NCBI GenBank assembly: GCA_043810595.1
Contig: JBDRNX010000031.1
Location: 25,443-89,442, forward strand
Direction of reading: 5' to 3'
Source: an archaeon
GTDB taxonomy: Archaea; Nanobdellota; Nanobdellia; SCGC-AAA011-G17; VGLX01
DNA length: 64,000 bases
Part shown: one piece after another, positions 57,386 through 64,000 of the stretch
Layout of the letters: every line of letters starts with the position of its first letter
Numbering within the stretch: position 1 is the first letter of the stretch
Notes under the pieces: model-generated
What the model was told of the DNA's origin: nothing
Database searches by the model: none
What the model saw: the letters and a program-made list of their open reading frames with translations, nothing else
Made by a program: the position numbers and the translations under genes

Positions 57386-58396
57386 ATGGGTTTGAAAATT
57401 TCTGAGCTTATCCCCAAGAAGGACATCAAGTTTGAGGATTTGGCTAATAAGAAGATTGCTGTTGACACTTCCCAGATGCTTTACCAGTTCCTAAGCTCTA
57501 TCAGGCAGCAGGACGGCACTCCCTTGATGGATTCCCATGGCAGGGTTACTTCCCATTTGGTTGGTATTTATTCACGTGTTTCAAATCTTATCATGAAGGA
57601 CATTAAGCTTTGTTTTGTTTTTGATGGGAAGCCTCCTTCTATGAAGGTTGAGGAGCAGGAAAACAGGGCTTCACGGAAGAGGGCTGCTGAGGAGAAGATG
57701 CACAGGGCGCTTGAGGAAGAAGATATGGAAGCTGCTTTGAAGTATTCCAAGCAGACTTCAAGGCTTAACTGGGAGATGGTCAAGGAGGCTAAGGAGTTGA
57801 TTTCAGCTATGGGCCTTCCTGTGGTTCAGGCTCCTTCAGAAGCCGAGGCTCAGGCTTCTTACATGTGTCGCAAGAAGGATGTTTGGGCTGTTGCGAGTTC
57901 TGATCATGACTGCCTTGTTTATGGCGCTCCAAGGCTCATTATGAATCTCACCTTGTCCAGCAAAAGGAAGCTTCCTAACGGTTCTTATGTGTGGATAGTC
58001 CCGAATCTTATAGAATTAGATGAAGTTCTTGATGCTTTACAAATCAACAGCGAGCAGTTATTGGTTCTTGCCATACTGTCAGGCACTGATTTCAACGTCG
58101 GTGGAGTTAAGGGTATTGGTCCGAAGAATGCCTTGAAGCTTGTTAAGGATTTGAAAACTGCTGAGAAGGTTTTTGCTAAGGTCAAGCCTGATTTTGATTG
58201 GAAGAAGGTCTATAAGATTTTCAAGGAGATGCCCACCACAGATGATTATTCCCTCAAGTGGGGCAAGGTTGATGAAAGTAAGATAAGAAAGCTTTTGGTT
58301 GACGAGCACGACTTTTCAGAAGAGCGTGTTGAGAAAACTCTTGAGAAGTTGAGAGGGGAAGGCAAGAGTCAGAAGGGCTTGGGAGATTTTTTCTAA
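57386..58396 (+). CDS. fen: Flap endonuclease 1
   Basis: N domain (IAVDTSQMLYQFL, FVFDGKPP) and I domain (GLPVVQAPSEAEAQ), plus a C-terminal PIP-like tail; start at the internal ATG at 57386. Confidence 0.85.
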   Translation: MGLKISELIPKKDIKFEDLANKKIAVDTSQMLYQFLSSIRQQDGTPLMDSHGRVTSHLVGIYSRVSNLIMKDIKLCFVFDGKPPSMKVEEQENRASRKRAAEEKMHRALEEEDMEAALKYSKQTSRLNWEMVKEAKELISAMGLPVVQAPSEAEAQASYMCRKKDVWAVASSDHDCLVYGAPRLIMNLTLSSKRKLPNGSYVWIVPNLIELDEVLDALQINSEQLLVLAILSGTDFNVGGVKGIGPKNALKLVKDLKTAEKVFAKVKPDFDWKKVYKIFKEMPTTDDYSLKWGKVDESKIRKLLVDEHDFSEERVEKTLEKLRGEGKSQKGLGDFF

Positions 58397-59145
58397 TGAA
58401 AGTTAAGTTTCTTAATTCAAAAGGGGGTACTTTGGTTGGTTACCTCTACAAGCCTATCAAGAAGACTGACAAGGCTGTTATATTCTGTCATGGCTTTATG
58501 GGTTTTAAGGAGCCATTTAGGTTTTGGGCCAAGTACCTTTCTTTAAGGGGTTTTATCACTTTAGCTTTTGACTTTACTGGCAGCGGTGAGTCTGACGGTT
58601 ACCTTACTCAAGGCACAATCTCTCAAGAAGTTTCTGATCTCGATCGTGCTATTACTTTTTTAAAGAAAAATCACGGTGTTAAAAAAGTGTGTGTGCTGGC
58701 TCACAGTATGGGCGCAGCAATTGCTGTGATTTCAGCTTCCGAGAACAAAGATATAGGCTGTATTATTGCCCTCTCCCCCCTGGTTATTTTTAAAGGTAAA
58801 CCTTTTAAGGACTATGCCAACAAAATAGCAGATGTGTGGGAGTCCAAAGGCCTTTGTGAACTGGTCAGGTGTAAGAGAATGCGTTCTCTTAAACTTAATT
58901 TTTTTACTGATTTGAAGAAGTATGACGTTTTGCAGGCAGCTAAGAGGATTAAAATCCCTATTTTGATTATTCACGGTGATTCAGATTCGGTTATAGACAT
59001 TAAAGAGGGAAGAATTCTTTATGATGTAGTAAAGGTTAAGGATAAGAAGTTTTATACAGCGGAGGGTGTCGGTCACTATTTTGAAAAACACAAATTGAAG
59101 CTTCACGGCATTATATTGGACTGGTTTAGGAAGTACTTAAAATGA
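58396..59145 (+). CDS. Alpha/beta hydrolase
   Basis: HGF oxyanion motif, AHSMGAA nucleophile elbow, and a C-terminal His. Confidence 0.6.
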   Translation: MKVKFLNSKGGTLVGYLYKPIKKTDKAVIFCHGFMGFKEPFRFWAKYLSLRGFITLAFDFTGSGESDGYLTQGTISQEVSDLDRAITFLKKNHGVKKVCVLAHSMGAAIAVISASENKDIGCIIALSPLVIFKGKPFKDYANKIADVWESKGLCELVRCKRMRSLKLNFFTDLKKYDVLQAAKRIKIPILIIHGDSDSVIDIKEGRILYDVVKVKDKKFYTAEGVGHYFEKHKLKLHGIILDWFRKYLK

Positions 59146-59954
59146 CAACTTTGAAAGAGGCTTTGAAAGGTAAGTTGAGTGCGAAGGAGCTTGCTCTGGT
59201 CCCGCGGTCTTTTGACCTAGTTGGGGATATCTTAATCTTTTCTGAGCTTAAAGGTTTGAAAAAAAGAGAGAAGTTGATTGCTAACGCTGCTTTGGATTTG
59301 TTTAAGCAGGTCAAGACTGTTGCTGTTAAGTCTGAAAAGCACGCAGGCCTTTACAGGACAAAGAGCGTTAGAATAATAGGTGGTGCAAAAAATAAGGTGA
59401 CAACTTACAAGGAGAACAACGTGGTTATGAAACTTAATGTTGAAAGTTGTTATTTCTCACCAAGGCTTGCTACCGAGCGCTTAAGAATAGCTAAGTTGGT
59501 CAAACCTAAAGAATCTGTTTTGGTAATGTTTTCTGGCATAGCCCCCTATCCTTTAGTTATAGCTAAGAACTCAAAGGCTAGGGAGATTTATAGTGTTGAG
59601 ATAAACCCCGAAGCGCATAAGTATGCTCTTGAGAATGTTAAGCTTAACAAGCTTAATAACATATTTTTGTTCAAGGGTAATGTTAAGTCCGTTCTCCCGA
59701 AGCTGAAAAAGAAATTTGATAGAATTGTTATGCCCCTACCAAGAACAGGAGAGAATTACCTTCCCCTTGCTTTGTCAGTCGCTAAGAAAAATTCCATGAT
59801 TCATTTTTATGATTTTGAGTTTGAGGAAAACATCGACAAGGCCGTCGAGAAGGTCAGGAAGCATTATAAGAAATGTAAAATCCTTAGAGTTTTGAAGTGC
59901 GGCGAATACTCACCTAGGAAATACAGGGTTGTCGTTGATTTCAAGGTGCTCTGA
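59142..59954 (+). CDS. SAM-dependent tRNA methyltransferase of the Trm5/Taw2 (Met-10+) family
   Basis: Met-10+ like core (VLVMFSGIAPYPLVIA ... FDRIVMPLP). Confidence 0.6.
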   Translation: MTTLKEALKGKLSAKELALVPRSFDLVGDILIFSELKGLKKREKLIANAALDLFKQVKTVAVKSEKHAGLYRTKSVRIIGGAKNKVTTYKENNVVMKLNVESCYFSPRLATERLRIAKLVKPKESVLVMFSGIAPYPLVIAKNSKAREIYSVEINPEAHKYALENVKLNKLNNIFLFKGNVKSVLPKLKKKFDRIVMPLPRTGENYLPLALSVAKKNSMIHFYDFEFEENIDKAVEKVRKHYKKCKILRVLKCGEYSPRKYRVVVDFKVL

Positions 59955-60021
59955 CTCAAAAGCTTTAAATATCTTATCTTTATCCTAAAACAGAGGTGTT
60001 CTAAGCTTTGGGGGTTGAAAT

Positions 60022-61941
60022 ATGAAAGCAAGACTATTCGCAATTTTTATTGTTATAACCTTAGCGGCTTCTATCGTAGTGATTGCTGACGATTACCCTA
60101 AAATTTACAAGAGGGTTATTGCGGACAAGGCTGGTAAGGACGATATAAGGTTTTTGCAAGACCATGGTTGCTTGATTAAGCATACGTTGAAAGGTGCTGC
60201 TTCTTTTGAGTGTCCTGAAGATGTGTTGCCCACTTTGAATGTTCGTGAGTCAAGAGTTTTTCACACGATGGATTTGGCTGCAGACAAGCAGATAGGTGCT
60301 GACAAGGTCTGGGCCGAAGGCATTGATGGCAGCGGTGTTAAGGTTGCTGTTCTTGATACAGGAATAGACATAGACCACGTTGAGTTGCAGGACAGTTACT
60401 TGGGCGGCTATGATTATGTTAATAACGATGACAACCCAGATGATGATAACGGGCACGGGACTCACGTTGCTGGAATAATAACAGCTAACGGTAACGATGC
60501 TAATGCAAAGGGTGTTGCTCCTAGTGCGGGCATCTACATGTATAAGGTTTGTGATTCTGCTGGCTCTTGTTACGAAGATGATATGATGGCTGCCATGGAA
60601 GCTGCTGTTGCAACTGATGCTGAGGTTATGAGTATAAGCATCGGTGGTGGAAGTTTCGCAACAGAGAATTGCGATTCTGATCAGTTAGCTGCAAAGGTTA
60701 ACTGGGTTGTTGACCAAGGTTTGACAGTGGTTGTTGCTGCAGGCAACGACGGAAGAGGGGTCTCTACTCCTGGTTGCGCTTCTAAGGCCATAGCTGTCGG
60801 CGCTGTTGACAAGACTAATAACGTTCCTTACTGGTCTGGTAGGGGTAAGGCATTGGACATAGTTGCTCCTGGAGTCGATATATATTCTATAGTGGTGGGC
60901 AGTTACGGAACTAAAAGCGGTACTTCGATGGCCACCCCTCACGTTTCGGGGGTTGTTGCTTTGTTGCTCGATACTAATTCAGCGTTAACTACCTCTGACA
61001 TAAAAACTGCTTTGTACAATACAGCCAATCCCGTGAGTAAGTGTTACAGTTGTAGGTTCTGGTTTGGGACTTATTGTTATGGTGTGATTGAAGTTACATG
61101 TACCACTTCCATAACCGGTGCAGGAATCGTTGATGCTTATGAAGCCTACACAACTGTTAAACCGACAGAGACCTGTTCATCTGATGCCGAGTGTGATGAC
61201 AGTATAAGTTGTACAGATGATACTTGTGCTAACGGAGTATGTGATAATACTCCAAACGATGCCATCTGCCCAGCTGATAGTTGGGTTGAAACTGGAAATA
61301 CGAGTTGGGTAGGGGATACACAGTGTACAGAGAAAGAACAAAAAGAAGAGGAATACAGGAATCACTATTGCGATAAAATCTTAGATTGCAAATACGATGT
61401 AACAGACACAAGATGGATTGATACAGAGAACACAAGAAACAAAGCTGACGGAACCTCTTGTGATGATGGGTTATATTGTAACACAGGTGAGGCATGTCAG
61501 TCTGGAACTTGTACTGGCGGTTCTGCTCGCAGTTGTAATGACGGTAACTCTTGTACTTCAGACACATGTAACGAGAACTCGGATGCTTGCGATTACATTT
61601 GGCCTAGTTGCAGTTTAACCAGTGATGGTTGTTGCGGACCTTCTTGTAGTTCAGCAAACGATGCTGACTGTTCAACAGCTGTGAAGTGTTGGAGCGGTTC
61701 GAATAAGTATCTTTACAGGAATACGAATCAGATGAGAAAATTCTGTAAGTGTGCAACAGGAGCTTACGGTTATAACAGTTACAGCTATTCTAGGTTGTTC
61801 AAAACCGTTTACAGGTACACTGATTCTGGGAATAATGAGAATTGGGCGACGACTTCAACTTCGTCCTTCGGTCCTGTGTACAATGTAAAATGTCCTAACG
61901 GTAACAGTTACAATACCGACCAGGATTATTACTACGGCTAA
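60022..61941 (+). CDS. Secreted subtilisin-like serine protease (S8) with a long C-terminal cysteine-rich extension
   Basis: Signal/TM segment, catalytic triad contexts VLDTGID, HGTHVAG and GTSMATPHVSG, then about 270 aa containing around 40 Cys. Confidence 0.85.
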   Translation: MKARLFAIFIVITLAASIVVIADDYPKIYKRVIADKAGKDDIRFLQDHGCLIKHTLKGAASFECPEDVLPTLNVRESRVFHTMDLAADKQIGADKVWAEGIDGSGVKVAVLDTGIDIDHVELQDSYLGGYDYVNNDDNPDDDNGHGTHVAGIITANGNDANAKGVAPSAGIYMYKVCDSAGSCYEDDMMAAMEAAVATDAEVMSISIGGGSFATENCDSDQLAAKVNWVVDQGLTVVVAAGNDGRGVSTPGCASKAIAVGAVDKTNNVPYWSGRGKALDIVAPGVDIYSIVVGSYGTKSGTSMATPHVSGVVALLLDTNSALTTSDIKTALYNTANPVSKCYSCRFWFGTYCYGVIEVTCTTSITGAGIVDAYEAYTTVKPTETCSSDAECDDSISCTDDTCANGVCDNTPNDAICPADSWVETGNTSWVGDTQCTEKEQKEEEYRNHYCDKILDCKYDVTDTRWIDTENTRNKADGTSCDDGLYCNTGEACQSGTCTGGSARSCNDGNSCTSDTCNENSDACDYIWPSCSLTSDGCCGPSCSSANDADCSTAVKCWSGSNKYLYRNTNQMRKFCKCATGAYGYNSYSYSRLFKTVYRYTDSGNNENWATTSTSSFGPVYNVKCPNGNSYNTDQDYYYG

Positions 61942-61953
61942 TTTTTTCTTTTT

Positions 61954-62691
61954 TTATTTTTTTGAGAAGTCATCTATTTTTCTCTGTCTTTTTTGATCTT
62001 TTTCCAGGTACTTTGGTGGGTTGACTTTTACAAATTTGAAGCCCCAGTCTTCGAGCATGTGCTTCGCATTTGGACTTACCTTCGGGCATGCTAGCACTCC
62101 CCTGACTCTTTCCACGCCTTTCATTTTCTTTATCTTTTCTACATATCTTCTTAGTTGTGTTACGGCTTTCAGGTCTCCGCAGTATCTCTTGCATTCTACA
62201 ACTACAAGTGTATTGTTCTTGTCGTAACCGAAAACATCTATGAATCCGTATTTTGTGTGTTCTTCTAGGCTTAACGGTTTGAATCCTTCTTCTATGAGTT
62301 CTGGGTTGTTGTATATTTTTTCTGCCATGTCTCTTTCTGTTCCTTTGAGCATTATCTTTTCGTTGTCGTTCATGAACTGTGTGTGTAGGAAGTAGATTTT
62401 GTGCAGTCTTATCTGTATCTCTTCTTTTTGGGATTTGTTTGTGCTTTTCAGAACCGGGTCCTCTTCCATTATTATGCTGTGCTCGGAATCTGCTTTCATG
62501 TAGTTCACCGGTGTGTTTCCGTTCGGTTGGTGTATCAACAGGTTTCTGTCTGGTTTTATTATTATGAGTCTGTCTCCTGCTGGCAAATAGCTTTCTGCTC
62601 TTCCGCTGTAGTCTATGCTGCAGTTGGCTGAAAGAATTATTGTTTGTTTTGTGTTTAACACTTCCCTTAATTTTGCTATGTATTCTTGCAT
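61954..62691 (-). CDS. nucS: Endonuclease NucS/EndoMS
   Basis: N-terminal dimerisation/DNA-binding domain and a C-terminal RecB-like nuclease (IDVFGYDKNNTLVVVECKR...QLRRY). Start placed at the internal ATG (62689-62691, MQEYIAKL); a longer form extending to 62820 is possible. Confidence 0.75.
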   Translation of the reverse strand: MQEYIAKLREVLNTKQTIILSANCSIDYSGRAESYLPAGDRLIIIKPDRNLLIHQPNGNTPVNYMKADSEHSIIMEEDPVLKSTNKSQKEEIQIRLHKIYFLHTQFMNDNEKIMLKGTERDMAEKIYNNPELIEEGFKPLSLEEHTKYGFIDVFGYDKNNTLVVVECKRYCGDLKAVTQLRRYVEKIKKMKGVERVRGVLACPKVSPNAKHMLEDWGFKFVKVNPPKYLEKDQKRQRKIDDFSKK

Positions 62692-63239
62692 TTTCCTATT
62701 ACATACATTTCTTTGCTTCCGCTTTTTGATGCTTCCGGCTTTGCTGTTTTCACGAACTTGAATTCTTTTTTCACTTCGTTGATGAAATTCTGGTAGTCTC
62801 TGCCTTGGAAGATTTTGCATACGAAGTTGCCACAGGTTTTTAATTTTTTCTTTGCTACAGTTAATGCTTGTCTTGCTAGGTCATAGCTCCTTTCCTGGTC
62901 CAGCTCCCTTATTCCAGATGTTTTTGGGGCCATGTCGCTCAGGACTACGTCAAATTTTTCCAGAGAATCTACAACTTCTTTGTTGTATATGTCTGCTTTT
63001 ATGAAAGTGAAGTTTTCTGCTCTTACCTTAGCCTTTTCCAAATCTATCCCTACTATCTTTCCTTCGCTTCCCACGATTTCTAGCGATGCTTGAACCCATC
63101 CTCCGGGGCTGCATCCCAGGTCAAGTACCCTACCTCCTTTTTTTATTATTTTATATTTCTTGTTAAGCTGTTTCAGTTTGTAGACTGACCTGGCATAGTA
63201 CCCTTCTTGTCTCGATTTTTTTGTGTAAAAGTCTTTCAT
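62676..63239 (-). CDS. rlmE: FtsJ/RlmE-type rRNA 2'-O-methyltransferase
   Basis: RSVYKLKQLNKKY...VLDLGCSPGGW SAM-binding motif and the K-D-K-E catalytic pattern. Confidence 0.8.
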   Translation of the reverse strand: MKDFYTKKSRQEGYYARSVYKLKQLNKKYKIIKKGGRVLDLGCSPGGWVQASLEIVGSEGKIVGIDLEKAKVRAENFTFIKADIYNKEVVDSLEKFDVVLSDMAPKTSGIRELDQERSYDLARQALTVAKKKLKTCGNFVCKIFQGRDYQNFINEVKKEFKFVKTAKPEASKSGSKEMYVIGKCKNT

Positions 63240-63241
63240 AT

Positions 63242-64000
63242 TTATGTAAGGCCAAGCTCTAGTCTCTTCTTGTGCGTTATCGCTGTTGGCGCTTCCCCAC
63301 CGTGCCAGGTGAATCTTGGTCTTACCCTTATCGGGTATATTCTTTCAGAATTGTCGTCTAATATTATTCCTGCACCCGCTTCTCTGGGCAGGTTGTTTAA
63401 ATGTGTTAGCAGGTCTTCTGTTTGGTAGCTCTGCATCATCTCGTTCAGTGCTTCCACGTCTGGTCTTGCTGTGATCCTGTGGCTAAGGATTAAGTCTGAT
63501 TGCGTCATGACATCTTTGTGTATTTTTCCTGGTTGTTGTGTTGCTAGTATCAGCGATACTCCTGGTTGTCTTCCTTCTCTGAGGACTGTTACGAGCGCGT
63601 CTGTTGCTGCTGTTTTTCCAACGTCTGGAAGGAATTCATGTGCTTCGTCTAACAGAAGCCATACCATTGGTTTTTTGTCTTTTTCTTCTTCGTCATATCC
63701 TCCCACGTAACTGTAGCCGCCGCTTATCATCTTTATCTCTTCTGTCTTCCTTGCCCCCATTCTTTCTAGGAATAGTCTTTTTGTTATTAGCCCTATGACA
63801 AGTGATTTTACTCCCCATCCTCCTGATCCTGTGTAGCAGCTTACGTCGAGAACGCTTACTTTTCCTGCTTGTGATATTTCGCTCATCTTTGTTCCTTCCA
63901 TGTCAAACAGCCCCCATCCTTTTGCTGCTCTGAATCTGTTTTTGGCTGAGTTTTTTGTGTTTATGTCCAGTTCCTTGTCGCTGTCTATTGCTTTTACTAT
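63242..64000 (-). CDS. Partial HerA/DUF87-type (FtsK-HerA superfamily) ATPase; N-terminus beyond window end
   Basis: Walker B LLLDEAHEF and LILATQQP with a sensor region. The reading frame stays open upstream of the ATG at 63901 all the way to position 64000, so the gene is likely longer than the ORF-track call. Confidence 0.5.
   Translation of the reverse strand: MVKAIDSDKELDINTKNSAKNRFRAAKGWGLFDMEGTKMSEISQAGKVSVLDVSCYTGSGGWGVKSLVIGLITKRLFLERMGARKTEEIKMISGGYSYVGGYDEEEKDKKPMVWLLLDEAHEFLPDVGKTAATDALVTVLREGRQPGVSLILATQQPGKIHKDVMTQSDLILSHRITARPDVEALNEMMQSYQTEDLLTHLNNLPREAGAGIILDDNSERIYPIRVRPRFTWHGGEAPTAITHKKRLELGLT

Overview
The window reads as an AT-rich archaeal chromosome segment. The gene content (PolD DP1/DP2, Orc1/Cdc6, family B polymerase, Hef, LonB, CDC48, FlaI-like ATPase, XerA-like recombinase) fits a small-genome archaeon, possibly DPANN-like or euryarchaeal; the taxon is inferred, not established. 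Coding is dense and mostly housekeeping. There is a replication and repair set: orc1/cdc6 next to an ORB-bearing candidate origin, followed by PolD small and large subunits, then PolB, FEN1, Hef, NucS, RadB, topoisomerase IA and a partial HerA-like ATPase. Four aminoacyl-tRNA synthetases are present (TyrRS, ArgRS, SerRS) along with PRPP synthetase. Proteostasis genes include LonB, CDC48, MetAP2, a PAC2 chaperone, a Lon-like S16 peptidase and a subtilase. At the left end sits a type-IV-pilus/archaellum-type ATPase locus with a platform protein and three tandem paralogous membrane proteins. One tRNA-Lys(CUU) is present. Several signals stand out. (1) Across the whole window, + strand genes use T-ending codons and - strand genes use A-ending codons, which gives a DNA-strand T>A asymmetry at silent sites that does not invert at the Cdc6-adjacent origin candidate. 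(2) A two-gene cassette at 11932-14398 has foreign (G/C-ending) codon usage: a tandem dCTP-deaminase-fold protein plus a multi-wHTH protein, each followed by the same ~24-bp element. This is the best candidate for a previously undescribed acquired system. (3) A divergent pair of coiled-coil/wHTH paralogs carries in-frame tandem repeats, (AAAC)10 in one and 12-bp GTCCAAACACGT units in the other, and is separated by a convergent intergenic region with three promoter-like direct repeats. (4) A TraB-family gene overlaps a degenerate M50-like gene. Function calls rest on motif recognition in the translated ORFs; no database searches were run.
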